DNA from: Phycisphaerales bacterium | GTDB taxonomy: Bacteria; Planctomycetota; Phycisphaerae; Phycisphaerales; UBA1924 | Length of the DNA stretch: 64,000 bases | Direction of reading: 5' to 3' | Assembly: GCA_044222255.1 (NCBI GenBank) | Contig: JBGANP010000007.1 | Span: forward strand, 2,327 to 66,326 | Shown here: in pieces, positions 1-12,525 of the stretch | Layout: each line of letters begins with the position of its first letter | Numbering within the stretch: position 1 is the first letter of the stretch | Program-made: the position numbers and the translations under genes | The notes under the pieces: model-generated | What the model was told of the DNA's origin: nothing | The model's database searches: none | Seen by the model: the letters and a program-made list of their open reading frames with translations, nothing else

Positions 1-310
1 ACATGCCGTGTCCAGTGACAAGCGCCCGCTCGCGCTTGGCGGGTTCGATGCGGTCAAACACGCTTGCCACCAGCGTGAGCGCATCCAGTTCCGCCTCAGT
101 GGATTCAAGTTCCAACAACCGATCAACGATCACGCCGACCTGCGATGGCCCCGCGTCCTTGAGCGCCAGTCGATATCCGGCAACTTCCGCCCGAAGATCA
201 CGCCCGCCAAGTACAACGCGAACGCGCTCCACCAGCCCGGTGGTGAGCCGACCGGCCAATCCTGGGCCTGTCGCTTCAAGTCGCTTGTGGTTGATCTCCG
301 AGGCCGGCAT
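1..310 (-). CDS. hypothetical protein, 5' part only (gene continues past window start)
   Basis: Hand translation of the minus strand. ATG at 308-310 (complement), open to base 1: MPASEINHKRLEATGPGLAGRLTTGLVERVRV... Missing from the ORF track because there is no stop in the window. No family recognised. Confidence 0.35.
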   Translation of the reverse strand, partial: MPASEINHKRLEATGPGLAGRLTTGLVERVRVVLGGRDLRAEVAGYRLALKDAGPSQVGVIVDRLLELESTEAELDALTLVASVFDRIEPAKRERALVTGHGM

Positions 311-592
311 TACTCTGCTTTCACTGATTGCACTACCTGTTGTGGGTACAACTTGGGAATATCGAACGAATTGTACAATACTCTGGCAAGTTTTTGCTTG
401 CGACCAGCGTACAAAATGGGTTCAATGTCTGTTCGATCGGTCTGTGGTCTGTTCTCAGCACAAATTCCGCACCCAAGGAACCCTCACGAACCGATTGCCG
501 AAGTGTGCGTCGCTCTGTTTTCCGATGCTTGTTCCGACTGCCGATACCTCCGCCCGGCCTCTGCGGGCCATGACACCTGAAAGCACGCTGCG

Positions 593-1141
593 ATGAACTC
601 GCCCTCCCGCGGCTCCGCCGCAAGTCAGACACTGCAGTTGTATCTGTACCGCCGCCCGCTCCATCCCGAGCACTTTCCGCTCAAAGGCAGGAAGGCGATC
701 AACCATGGCGGATACAACCTGGAGGCCTGGATCATGCCCGGCGGGCATGTCCTTCGGTTTCGCCACGGCGACCTGACGCTCTCCGAGCTGCTGGTAGATC
801 ACGAAGACAATCTCCCCCTGGAAGGTGCCGTGACCGGCTTTCCGTGCGCTGGGGAGCATGAGTTTGAGCGTCAGTTCGCCCCCGAACGAGTAGGCTATTG
901 CACGGCCGTGCAGACCGAAACGCTCAGCGACAACCTCTACAAGTCCACCTACGAGGACATGCTTGACTACGCGAAGCAGACCGACTCGCTGACATACAAG
1001 TTCCTTGATGGCGATGGACGTAAGTGTCTGTCGCTCCTGGACTTACAGCAGCTTTCGAAGGAAGTGCATTGCCAGGGGTTCCACCTCCTGGCGGGCACTG
1101 GGCTGGTGGTCCGAACTCAGACGATCTTCGATCACAAGTGA
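593..1141 (+). CDS. conserved hypothetical protein (possibly DUF2617-like, from memory only)
   Basis: 182-aa ORF with non-repetitive, protein-like composition (LQLYLYRRPLHPEHFPLKG...). Preceded by a lower-GC promoter-like region. Confidence 0.5.
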   Translation: MNSPSRGSAASQTLQLYLYRRPLHPEHFPLKGRKAINHGGYNLEAWIMPGGHVLRFRHGDLTLSELLVDHEDNLPLEGAVTGFPCAGEHEFERQFAPERVGYCTAVQTETLSDNLYKSTYEDMLDYAKQTDSLTYKFLDGDGRKCLSLLDLQQLSKEVHCQGFHLLAGTGLVVRTQTIFDHK

Positions 1142-1491
1142 TCGGTGGACTCTGGGTGTTCTTCCGCCCCAACTTCACCGGCTCAAGTTGACCCAAACCT
1201 GCGGCGATGTACTGTTTCCACGTCCGAATCGCGGTTTCCCACATGCGCCAGACCCGAATACAGATTGCCGCTCGAATTAGCACGCCCCGCTGAGGGCTTG
1301 GCGGTCTGTCGGTCGCGCTGAATACACCATCTCAGACGATCCATCGCCGGAGTTTCCTTGCGGGGCTGTCGCTCGGACCGCCTTTCGTGGTTCCTGAGCC
1401 CGTCCGCCCGATTGCCGGGCGTCGATACGATCCCGACCCAAACCTGACCCACACCGCGGCTTGGCCGCGCGATCCATAAGAGAGTTTGCCC

Positions 1492-4400
1492 ATGTCTTCG
1501 CCTTCTCCGCATCCGACCACTCCCCAGCCCGCAACGACAGACACCAACGGCGAAGTTCCCGCCGCCAAGTCCTACAAGGACACGCTCAACCTCCCGAAGA
1601 CGACCTTCCCGATGAAGGCAAACCTCGTGCAGAACGAACCCGCGAGCGTGAAGCGCTGGGGCGCGATCGGCGGCAAGGGGATGTACGAGACGCTCCGAGC
1701 CAAACTCGCAGGCAGCCCGAAGTTCACCTTTCACGATGGCCCGCCGTACGCCAACGGCAACATCCACATGGGCCACCTAATGAACAAGACGCTCAAGGAC
1801 TTGGTGGTGCGCACCAAGACCATGCGCGGCCTCGACTGCGCGTACGTCCCCGGCTGGGACTGCCACGGTCTGCCGATCGAGCACAAGGTGATGCAAGAAC
1901 TGGTTGAGTCCGGCAAGATGGCAAAGGTCGCTTCGTTGCCGGATGACCAGCGCAAGATGGCCGTTCGCCGCGAGTGTCAGAAGTATGCAGAGAGATACGT
2001 CAAGCTGCAGGCCGGGCAAATGGAGCGGCTGCTGACGCTCGCGGACTACGCGCATCCGTACCTCACCATGGCGCCGAGCTTCGAGGGCGCGACGATGGAA
2101 GTCCTCGCCGATCTCATCGAGCAGGGACTCGTGTACCGCGCGCTCAAGCCGGTGCACTGGTCGATTGCGAACGAGACCGCGCTTGCCGAAGCCGAACTGG
2201 AATACCAGGACCGCGAAGACCTTTCCGTGTATGTGGACTTCGAGGCAGAGAACGCCGACGCCGTCTACGGCGCGTTCGGCCTCGCCGAGCACAGCGCGGA
2301 TGATGTCGATGAGGACGAAGAGGACACCGAAGGACCGGAGAATGCGGGACCTGCCGTCCATCCCGGTAAACGCCCCAACGCGCGGCCGAGCTTCATGATC
2401 TGGACGACCACACCATGGACACTTCCCGCGAACGTCGGAGTGGCGATCCATCCGCGCACCGAGTACGCGCTCGTGTGGGTCGATGGCAACGCCTGCGTGC
2501 TCGCCAGCGCGCTGGTCGAGAAAGTCACGAAGATGGCCAAGGCCGAGCGCGTGGTCGTGCTCGCGACGACGATGGGCGACAAGCTCGTCGGACTGCGATA
2601 CAAGCATCCGTTCGTCACGCATCCGCCGGCGTGCGGCCTAGGCCGCAAGTGCGATCAGCAGAAACTCTGGTCTGTGGTCGCCGCCGAGTACGTGACGACT
2701 GAAGACGGCACGGGCCTCGTCCACACCGCGCCGGGCCACGGTCAGGAGGACTACGCAACGGGTCTCCGCGAAGGCCTGCCCGTCTACAGCCCCGTCAAGA
2801 ACGATGGCACGTACGACGATACCGCGCCGGACTGGCTCAAGGGCGTCAGCGTCTGGGATGCCAACGCCAAGGTCACTGAGTGGCTGCGCAACTCGGGGCA
2901 TCTGTTCTTCGACCACAAGTTCACGCACAGCTACCCGCACGACTGGCGCTCCAAGACACCGGTCATCTTCCGCTGCACCGAGCAGTGGTTCGTCAGCGTC
3001 GAGGGGGCACACCATTCCGCGTACCGCGGCCTGAAGGCCCGCCCGAGCGTCAACCTGCGCGAGCTTGGCCTCACGGCGGTAGATCCGGAGAACACGAAGC
3101 AGAAGGACGGCGTGAACGCCGTAAAGTTTGTCCCCGAGTGGGGCCGCAACCGCATGCGCGGGATGTTGGAATCGCGCCCCGACTGGTGCATCTCGCGTCA
3201 GCGTGCTTGGGGTCTGCCGATCCCGACATTCTTCACTCCGCACGGTGGCGTGCTGATGACCGCCGCGAGCGTGCGCGCCGTCGCCAAGGTCGTGCGCGAG
3301 AAGGGCTCCGACGCGTGGTTCCAGCAACCGCCCGAAGAACTTCTCAAGTACTACGACCCCGGCGCGGATGCCGACCCCATGGCCCGCGCCGTCCCCAAGG
3401 AGCAGTTCGCCACGCTCAAGAAGGGCAACGACATCCTCGACGTCTGGTTCGAGTCCGGCTCGAGTTGGAACTCCTGCATGCGCGAGCGCGGCCTCGGCTA
3501 CCCAGTCGATCTCTACCTCGAGGGCTCCGACCAGCACCGCGGCTGGTTCCAGCTCTCGCTCCTCCCCGCGCTGGGCGCCACCGGCCAGCCCCCGTTCCGC
3601 ACGCTGCTCACGCACGGCTTCATGGTGGACAAGCACGGAAAAAAGATGTCCAAGTCCCTCGGCAACGACATCAAGGTCGAGGATCTGCTGAAAGACCACG
3701 GCGCGGATGTCTGCCGCTGGTGGGTCTGCTCGCTTTCGTACGAGAACGATGTGAAGGTAGACATGGAGTTCTTCAACCTCGCGGGCGAGAGCTACCGCAA
3801 GGTCCGCAACACGCTGCGCTTCATGCTCAGCAATCTCGATGACTACACATCCACCGCGACTTCCGCGGCACCCTCCCCCACTTCCCTCGACGCATGGATC
3901 CTCGGCGAGTACAACACGCTCGCGAAGGAAGTTCTCGCGGCATACGACCGCTACGACTTCCGCACGGCGTACGAGCAGCTCTACAACTTCTGCAACGCCA
4001 CGCTTAGCAGCGTCTATCTCGCCGCCGTGAAGGACCGTCTCTATTGCGACAAGCCCGACTCGCCGCGCCGCCGCCGCACGCAGCAGACGCTCTGGCAGCT
4101 CACCGACGGCCTCTGCCGCCTGCTCGCCCCGATCATGTGCCACACCGCCGATGAGGCGTATCGCGCGCTGCACAAGAAGGATCCCAAGGACGTCGAGACG
4201 ACGATCCACTCGGAAACCTTCGTCGAGTCATACCCGGTCGCCGCCGATCCGGGTTGGGGCACGGTGATGAAAGCCGGCGAGGCCGCGAGCAAGGCGATCG
4301 AGCAGGCCAAGCAATCCCTTGGCGTGGATAATCCGCTCGATGCGGGCGTTGTGTTGCCTGATGCCGACGGCACCTTCGCACGCTTCGATCCCACCGACCT

Positions 4401-4581
4401 CGCCGACCTGCTCGGTGTCAGCCGCGTATCGCTGGACAAGGCCGCGGCGGAGACCCGCATCATGGACCTCCGCACCGAGCCGCGTTGCGAGCGTTCCTGG
4501 AAGCGAGATGGCACCGTTCGGAAGCGTTCCGATGGCGGCGTGCTGAGCGATCGGGATGCGGCGGCGATCGGCGCGGCCTGA
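1492..4581 (+). CDS. ileS: isoleucine--tRNA ligase
   Basis: HIGH-type motif PYANGNIHMGH, KMSKS present, WCISRQR editing/CP1 signatures, ~1029 aa. ATG at 1492 (the track start 1486 is TTG). Confidence 0.95.
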   Translation: MSSPSPHPTTPQPATTDTNGEVPAAKSYKDTLNLPKTTFPMKANLVQNEPASVKRWGAIGGKGMYETLRAKLAGSPKFTFHDGPPYANGNIHMGHLMNKTLKDLVVRTKTMRGLDCAYVPGWDCHGLPIEHKVMQELVESGKMAKVASLPDDQRKMAVRRECQKYAERYVKLQAGQMERLLTLADYAHPYLTMAPSFEGATMEVLADLIEQGLVYRALKPVHWSIANETALAEAELEYQDREDLSVYVDFEAENADAVYGAFGLAEHSADDVDEDEEDTEGPENAGPAVHPGKRPNARPSFMIWTTTPWTLPANVGVAIHPRTEYALVWVDGNACVLASALVEKVTKMAKAERVVVLATTMGDKLVGLRYKHPFVTHPPACGLGRKCDQQKLWSVVAAEYVTTEDGTGLVHTAPGHGQEDYATGLREGLPVYSPVKNDGTYDDTAPDWLKGVSVWDANAKVTEWLRNSGHLFFDHKFTHSYPHDWRSKTPVIFRCTEQWFVSVEGAHHSAYRGLKARPSVNLRELGLTAVDPENTKQKDGVNAVKFVPEWGRNRMRGMLESRPDWCISRQRAWGLPIPTFFTPHGGVLMTAASVRAVAKVVREKGSDAWFQQPPEELLKYYDPGADADPMARAVPKEQFATLKKGNDILDVWFESGSSWNSCMRERGLGYPVDLYLEGSDQHRGWFQLSLLPALGATGQPPFRTLLTHGFMVDKHGKKMSKSLGNDIKVEDLLKDHGADVCRWWVCSLSYENDVKVDMEFFNLAGESYRKVRNTLRFMLSNLDDYTSTATSAAPSPTSLDAWILGEYNTLAKEVLAAYDRYDFRTAYEQLYNFCNATLSSVYLAAVKDRLYCDKPDSPRRRRTQQTLWQLTDGLCRLLAPIMCHTADEAYRALHKKDPKDVETTIHSETFVESYPVAADPGWGTVMKAGEAASKAIEQAKQSLGVDNPLDAGVVLPDADGTFARFDPTDLADLLGVSRVSLDKAAAETRIMDLRTEPRCERSWKRDGTVRKRSDGGVLSDRDAAAIGAA

Positions 4582-4605
4582 TCCGCGAATGAGTATCCAA
4601 CACGA

Positions 4606-4634
4606 ACACGGAGCGGGCATTCCCCGCTCCGTGT
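4606..4634 (+). terminator. stem-loop after ileS (12-bp perfect inverted repeat)
   Basis: ACACGGAGCGGG-loop-CCCGCTCCGTGT, about 25 nt after the ileS stop. The T-tail is weak (TATCCTT). Confidence 0.55.
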
Positions 4635-4646
4635 TATCCTTCCGCC

Positions 4647-5588
4647 GTGGAACTCACCCCCCTCCGCTACTTTCGAGCCATCGCCCAACATGGTCACATG
4701 ACCCGCGCCGCCCGCGCTCTCGGCGTCTCCCAGCCCGCGCTCTCCGCGATGCTCAAGAAGCTTGAAGGCGAGGTCGGTGCGGAACTTCTCCACCGCACCG
4801 GCCGCGGCGTGGAACTCACGGAAGCCGGCCGCGTCTTTCTCCAGCACGCCGAGGACGCCCTCCGCCGCACCGATGCGGGGATACAGGCGGTGCGTGAACT
4901 GGTGGGCCTCGAGCGCGGCTCCATCCGCGTCGGCGGCGGCGCGACCGCGACGACCTACCTGCTCCCACCAGTGGTCAGCGCGGTACGCAAGAAGCACCCC
5001 GGCCTTCGTTTCTACGTTCGCGAAGCGGGCTCAAACACCGTCGCGGCCGCGGTACTCAGCGGCGAACTCGATCTCGGCATCGTCACGCTGCCGATGAGCG
5101 AGAACGCCGCGGAAGAACTGCTCACCATTCCGCTGGTGGACGACGAGATGCGGTTGATCGTTCCGCCTGGGTACCGCCACGCTCCGCGTGGCGATGCGAA
5201 GACCGCGATGCGGAGCGTGGCGGCGCCAAACGCCACTCCAAAGACATCCAACGGCTTCCGCTGGAAGGATCTCGCGGGCGAGTCGGTCGTCGCGTTCGAG
5301 GCAGGAACCGCCGTCCGCGAGATCGTGGATCAGGCCGCACTCAAGGCGGGCGTCGCCCTCAAGGTTGTCATGGAACTCCGCTCGATCGAGTCCATCAAAC
5401 AGATGGTTGCGGCGGGCATCGGCGTCGGCTTCGTCTCCCGTTTCGCGCTCAAGGAAGGCGAGGGCCTGGTCTGTCGCGATGGCGGCATCGGCCGCAAACT
5501 GGCAATCGTGCGGCGTCGCGATCGAGTGCCGAGCACCGCCGTACAGGAGTTCGAGCGGGCACTTCGGCAATCCGCGGCACGCGAATAA
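4647..5588 (+). CDS. LysR-family transcriptional regulator
   Basis: N-terminal HTH LRYFRAIAQHGHMTRAARALGVSQPALSAMLKKLE followed by a LysR substrate-binding fold. GTG start. Confidence 0.85.
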   Translation: MELTPLRYFRAIAQHGHMTRAARALGVSQPALSAMLKKLEGEVGAELLHRTGRGVELTEAGRVFLQHAEDALRRTDAGIQAVRELVGLERGSIRVGGGATATTYLLPPVVSAVRKKHPGLRFYVREAGSNTVAAAVLSGELDLGIVTLPMSENAAEELLTIPLVDDEMRLIVPPGYRHAPRGDAKTAMRSVAAPNATPKTSNGFRWKDLAGESVVAFEAGTAVREIVDQAALKAGVALKVVMELRSIESIKQMVAAGIGVGFVSRFALKEGEGLVCRDGGIGRKLAIVRRRDRVPSTAVQEFERALRQSAARE

Positions 5589-5603
5589 CATCGCAAGCGT
5601 TCA

Positions 5604-6092
5604 ATGACCACGTCATTCGAGGTGATGACCATGGAAAAGAAGAAGACGACGAAGAAAGCACCCAAGTCCGCGGGCAAGCCCAAGCGTCCCGCCGCAACGC
5701 TGAAAAGAGGTGGCATGGTCGCCCGCCGCGCCGATCTCGGCGCGGCCGTCGGCCTCCACTTCGCCACACTCCCGCAGCCGCAGCGCGGCATCGCCGAGAA
5801 ACTGCACGCACTGGTGACCAAGGCCGCGCCGAAGGCGACGCACGCCGTCAAATGGGGCATGCCTGTGTACGAACATCACGGCATGCTCTGCTACATCCGC
5901 TCACGCCCGAAGCATGTCACCTTCGGCTTCTACGAGTCCGGCACGACGCTGAAAGACCCCAAGGGGATGCTTACCGGAACGGGCGAGAACATGCGCCACG
6001 CCAAGCTCGCGCTCGATGCCCCGATCCCCGAGAAGGAACTCGCCGCGTTCGTAAAGCAGGCGGTCAAGTTCAACGAAAGCGGCGCGGGCTGA
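5604..6092 (+). CDS. DUF1801 (YdhG-like) domain protein with Lys-rich N-terminus
   Basis: Core ...AVKWGMPVYEHHGMLCYIRSRPKHVTFGFY... is typical of DUF1801. Confidence 0.65.
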   Translation: MTTSFEVMTMEKKKTTKKAPKSAGKPKRPAATLKRGGMVARRADLGAAVGLHFATLPQPQRGIAEKLHALVTKAAPKATHAVKWGMPVYEHHGMLCYIRSRPKHVTFGFYESGTTLKDPKGMLTGTGENMRHAKLALDAPIPEKELAAFVKQAVKFNESGAG

Positions 6093-6119
6093 GACGCGTA
6101 CAAGCCCTACCCTCGCCCC

Positions 6120-6422
6120 GTGTTCAAAGACGCCAAAGGCAACTTCGACGGCAAGGTCTTCATCGGCGTGATGATGGGCCTCGGCACCGTCAGCGGCGCG
6201 GCCCTCAAACTCTGGTGGTCCGTCGGCGAGACCATGCCCCCCTTCTGGCTATGGGCCATCCCGCTCGTCTTTCTCGGCATCGGCATCTCAGTCTGGATCC
6301 AGCGTGCCAAGGACCAGAAGAGCATCCGCGAGCGCGTCGAACGCTCCGCCCGCGTTGATGCCCTCCGTTCACGCCGCGAACCCGCGTCGGATGCCCCGCC
6401 AGACATAAATGCGATTGATTGA
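6120..6422 (+). CDS. small membrane protein (2 predicted TM helices)
   Basis: GTG start. Hydrophobic segments VFIGVMMGLGTVSGAAL and FWLWAIPLVFLGIGISVWI. Confidence 0.45.
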   Translation: MFKDAKGNFDGKVFIGVMMGLGTVSGAALKLWWSVGETMPPFWLWAIPLVFLGIGISVWIQRAKDQKSIRERVERSARVDALRSRREPASDAPPDINAID

Positions 6423-6521
6423 TCTTGTAACTCCAATCGATTGGATTCATGTTTCGTCGGGTGCGATAGTTGTCCGTCAGAACAACCTGCACACGCACGC
6501 ACGCGCACACGGAGCATCGCC

Positions 6522-9350
<2,829 letters not shown>

Positions 9351-9437
9351 GACGCGCAAGCCGGAAGGCCCCGCACGCCGGTGATCCTTCGGTATCCTGT
9401 TCCTTAGGGTGGATGGGCGTTCGGGAGTGATCGAGCC

Positions 9438-10454
9438 ATGACGACCCGACATTGCTATTTCGTTGTGGTGATTGCAGCGACTACCGTCGTACTGCTCGGC
9501 GTCGTCGGGCTTGCGAACGCATCTTCGTGCCAGGATTCGAAGCCGACGCCGGGTCAGCCCACGGCAGCCGAACCCGTCTCCTCCGATCTTGAGAAGGAAA
9601 AACAGCAAGCCCTCATCGACGAGGCGATCCGGTTCGAACTGCATCTTGCCCCCGGGACAAGCCCGACGCCCGCCGATCGCGCCCGCGTGAAGCGATTGAA
9701 CTTCATGGGGAATGGGTTCAACGACGTCGGCCTCAAGTTGCTGAGCGACAAGGATGCCGGATTGGTCGGGCTCACCTCACTTTGGCTCTACGGCTGGGAT
9801 GTGACTGACAAAGGAGTCCAAACCCTCTCGCGACCCGACACCGGCCTGAAGTCACTCACCACCCTCGAACTCTGCTGCATGCGCGTCACGGATGCCGGAG
9901 TGCAGTCGCTCGCCCGACATGACACCGGCCTCAAGGCCCTCACCACTCTGTACCTACCTTCCACACGAGTCACCGACGTCGGAGTGGAAGATCTCGCCCG
10001 AGCCGACACGGGGTTGACAGCCTTGACCACCCTTTGCCTCTCCAACTCTCAGGTGACCGATACTGGACTGGTGGCGCTGGCCCGGGCCGATACCGGGTTG
10101 AAAGGACTTGCCTCCTTGGCTGTCCGCTCCACGAAGATCACGGATGGTGGAGTGCAGGCGCTCGCAAGTCCCGATACCGGCCTAAAGGCCCTCCGATCGC
10201 TGGACATCAGCACCACATCGGTGACAGACGCAGGGATTCACATGCTTGCCAGTTCCGACACCGGTCTCCGATCGCTGACCACGCTATGCCTGACGGGCAC
10301 TCGGGTGACGGAAGCGGGGGTAAAGGACCTCGCCCGGGCCGACACCGGTATGAAGGCGCTCACTACGCTGCATTTGGGCGATGCGCAGGCGACGGACGCG
10401 GGGAAAAAAGCCGTGATGGATCGATGGCCGAGGATGCAACTCCGCCTTCAGTAG
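9438..10454 (+). CDS. secreted/anchored leucine-rich-repeat (RNI-like) protein
   Basis: N-terminal hydrophobic signal/anchor, then about 9 units of a 26-aa repeat: LARxDTGLKALTTLxLxxTxVTDxGVxx. Confidence 0.85.
   Translation: MTTRHCYFVVVIAATTVVLLGVVGLANASSCQDSKPTPGQPTAAEPVSSDLEKEKQQALIDEAIRFELHLAPGTSPTPADRARVKRLNFMGNGFNDVGLKLLSDKDAGLVGLTSLWLYGWDVTDKGVQTLSRPDTGLKSLTTLELCCMRVTDAGVQSLARHDTGLKALTTLYLPSTRVTDVGVEDLARADTGLTALTTLCLSNSQVTDTGLVALARADTGLKGLASLAVRSTKITDGGVQALASPDTGLKALRSLDISTTSVTDAGIHMLASSDTGLRSLTTLCLTGTRVTEAGVKDLARADTGMKALTTLHLGDAQATDAGKKAVMDRWPRMQLRLQ
9771..10413 (+). repeat. in-frame tandem ~78-nt coding repeats (LRR units)
   Basis: Repeated gacaccggcctgaaggc...accac...gtcacggatgc blocks visible at DNA level. 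Confidence 0.8.
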
Positions 10455-10519
10455 ACCGCCATCGCGATTCTGATCCTCCGCAAAAGCTTCATGCCGCCAC
10501 TCTCAGTCGCAACGGGTGG

Positions 10520-10672
10520 CTATGTGAGCGTGGCTGTGCCGCACTCCGGGCAGACAGCAGATTGAGCGAGGCCGGCGCGGGAGCAAGAGCATTTCCCGCA
10601 CTCCGGGCAGGCGGCGGATACGGCGATGCGTTTTCCGCCGCACGATCTACACGAATCCGCACCAACACTGCC
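10520..10672 (-). pseudogene. relic of a CPECG double zinc-ribbon domain (no usable start codon)
   Basis: Minus-strand frame reads ...CRSCGGKRIAVSAACPECGKCSCSRAGLAQSAVCPECGTATLT*. It aligns to the C-terminus of the 11918-12418 protein (ACPKCSYSRTGLAVGGVCPECG). An upstream in-frame TGA is present and there is no ATG/GTG/TTG. Confidence 0.35.
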
Positions 10673-10745
10673 CGAACGCCCGGGTCATTCGCACAAATGT
10701 GCGAAGGGAATGTCGCAGTTCCGCCCGGGATTTCGAACTGCCCTC

Positions 10746-11831
10746 ATGCACACCACTTCCGCACCGCGCTCGCTCGCCCGAATCCTCCGCTGCGCGCTCG
10801 CCTCGCTCGCGGCCGCGCTAGCCATGCTGGGCGCCGCGCTCCCGGTCCGGGCCGCGTGCCCTCCGGCCGTCACGAATCTTGTCGCCAGCTCCTCCATCTG
10901 CGGCGGGAACATCCTGCTCACCTTCGATCCTCCCGCGGGCGGCCTGAACTTTCCGCAGGTCTTTTCAGGGCCGTTCGATATCTTCGCAACCGCCCAGCTC
11001 ATCGGCACGGGGTCCCTCAACGGGTCCTCGTTCGAGGTGACCGCACCCACCCCGAACATCACACAGTTTTACTGGGTCCGCTGGCAGGGGTTCGACCCCG
11101 CGTGCCCGAACGGGCCGCTCTCCGCTCCCGTCGCGGCCTTCTCCACCACTCCCCAAATTGTCGCCTCCGGCGCGAGCCAGCTCGTGACTCCGCCTGCCGT
11201 AAGCATCGGATGCACCAGCATCACCCTGAACTGGCAGCGTTTCCGCGAGTCGCTCAGCGCGGCGGTGGTGCGCACGCCCCTCACCGGCAGCGGTGCGGGC
11301 GCAGCGCAAACACTCGCGGTGCTCGGAGGCACCACCACCACCTTCACCGACACCACCGGGAGCCCGGGCCTGCAGTACGACTATCGCATCCTGTACACCG
11401 TGCCCGGCTGCTCGCTGGTGAACGCGCCCTCGCCGGCCGCCCGCGTCTTCTTCCCCCCGTCCACCGGCGTGCCGGTCATCTCGCCCGCCGATGTCCTGGC
11501 CGGAAGTGCCGCCACCCTCTCGGTGAACTTCCCCGCGCTGAATCCCGGCTTCAGCCCCGCGCCGCAGTGGTTCCGCGGGAGCACGCTTATCACCGACATC
11601 CCCGGCCGCATCTCCGGCGCCAGCACCACCGCGCTCACCTTCACCCCCGCGCTCCCGCAGGACCAAGGCGTGTACACCCTCCGCGCCTCGACGCCCTGCG
11701 GCCAGCTCACGCCCATCCCAGTCTCCCTCATCGTGCGGGCCGCCTGCCAGGCGGACTTCAACGCCGATGCCCACTTGGGCGTGGACGACATCTTCGCGTT
11801 CCTGAACGCGTGGTTCGCGGGGTGCCCGTAA
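10746..11831 (+). CDS. secreted Ig-like repeat protein with GC-type dockerin-like C-terminal tail
   Basis: Signal peptide MHTTSAPRSLARILRCALASLAAALAMLGAALPVRA. C-terminus CQADFNADAHLGVDDIFAFLNAWFAGCP. Start chosen at the ATG giving the signal peptide (track start 10626). Confidence 0.75.
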   Translation: MHTTSAPRSLARILRCALASLAAALAMLGAALPVRAACPPAVTNLVASSSICGGNILLTFDPPAGGLNFPQVFSGPFDIFATAQLIGTGSLNGSSFEVTAPTPNITQFYWVRWQGFDPACPNGPLSAPVAAFSTTPQIVASGASQLVTPPAVSIGCTSITLNWQRFRESLSAAVVRTPLTGSGAGAAQTLAVLGGTTTTFTDTTGSPGLQYDYRILYTVPGCSLVNAPSPAARVFFPPSTGVPVISPADVLAGSAATLSVNFPALNPGFSPAPQWFRGSTLITDIPGRISGASTTALTFTPALPQDQGVYTLRASTPCGQLTPIPVSLIVRAACQADFNADAHLGVDDIFAFLNAWFAGCP

Positions 11832-11917
11832 ACGCAACGCGGCTATGCGGGGGAGAACGAACCGAAGCGCGGAAATTACCAACAAGGCGGAGTAGATGCG
11901 GGGAGTTACGTCAAGGA

Positions 11918-12418
11918 TCACCAAGTCGGCGCGGGCGCCCCGCACTCGGGGCAGACCCCCCCAACCGCGAGGCCGGTGCGGGAGTAGGAGCACTTCGGGC
12001 ACGCGCCGAGTTTCGCGCGGCGGCGGGCGAGGGTGTCGAGAAGCCAGGCAAGCGAAGTCACAATGATGGCGAGCAATAAGGGAGCCCAAAGGGGTACAAC
12101 CAAGCACGCCCACCCGGAGCCATTGAGTTTGGACGCCGGCGCATTCCATCGCCGAAAATCCCAGTGAACTTCGAAGGGGAGGCAATCGCCACCGAGGAAC
12201 GGGAGCATTCGAGCAATTCTTACACCACGGAACGAAGGCGCTTGGTCTGGAAACTTCCAGAACTCGCAGCACCCCCACCGCAATAACGGTTCGCATCCGT
12301 TCCAACTGCACGGCGACATCTCGTACCACCCGCTGACCACCCAGAGCCCCAGAAGCAACACGCACACCACCGCCCCTCCCCACTTCACCGTCTTCCTGAT
12401 CCTCGGGTGCGGCCGCAT
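11918..12418 (-). CDS. membrane protein with C-terminal CxxC...CPECG zinc ribbon
   Basis: Two hydrophobic helices. C-terminus ACPKCSYSRTGLAVGGVCPECGAPAPTW. Confidence 0.6.
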   Translation of the reverse strand: MRPHPRIRKTVKWGGAVVCVLLLGLWVVSGWYEMSPCSWNGCEPLLRWGCCEFWKFPDQAPSFRGVRIARMLPFLGGDCLPFEVHWDFRRWNAPASKLNGSGWACLVVPLWAPLLLAIIVTSLAWLLDTLARRRAKLGACPKCSYSRTGLAVGGVCPECGAPAPTW

Positions 12419-12525
12419 GGGTCCATTCTACATCCTCTGGCCTTTCTCAGTGTTCTCGGTGTGCTCAGTGGTGAGCATTCCCCCTGCGAGTCGTTGCACC
12501 CGCCGCGCGCACCACGGGCAGGCGA

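Noticed and set aside
1207-1293. A 28-codon sORF upstream of ileS (MYCFHVRIAVSHMRQTRIQIAARISTPR), considered as a possible Ile leader peptide by analogy with the thrS finding.
   Set aside because: It has only 4 scattered Ile codons and no run. No terminator hairpin with a T-tract lies between it and ileS, so it is not distinguishable from chance.
9625-9645. GGTTCGAACTG-type T-loop-like strings, considered as hints of tRNA genes. Similar strings occur at about 10731 and 32516.
   Set aside because: All lie inside coding sequences with no flanking acceptor, D-arm or anticodon-arm complementarity. I found no tRNA-like cloverleaf in any intergenic spacer by eye. A tRNAscan-SE run would be decisive.
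9771-10413. Regular ~78-nt DNA repeats, considered as a possible CRISPR-like array. The GGC-rich repeats at 16380-16620 were considered the same way.
   Set aside because: The repeats are contiguous with no unique spacers, lie in frame inside long ORFs, and translate to LRR units or a Gly/His tail. No cas genes are present.
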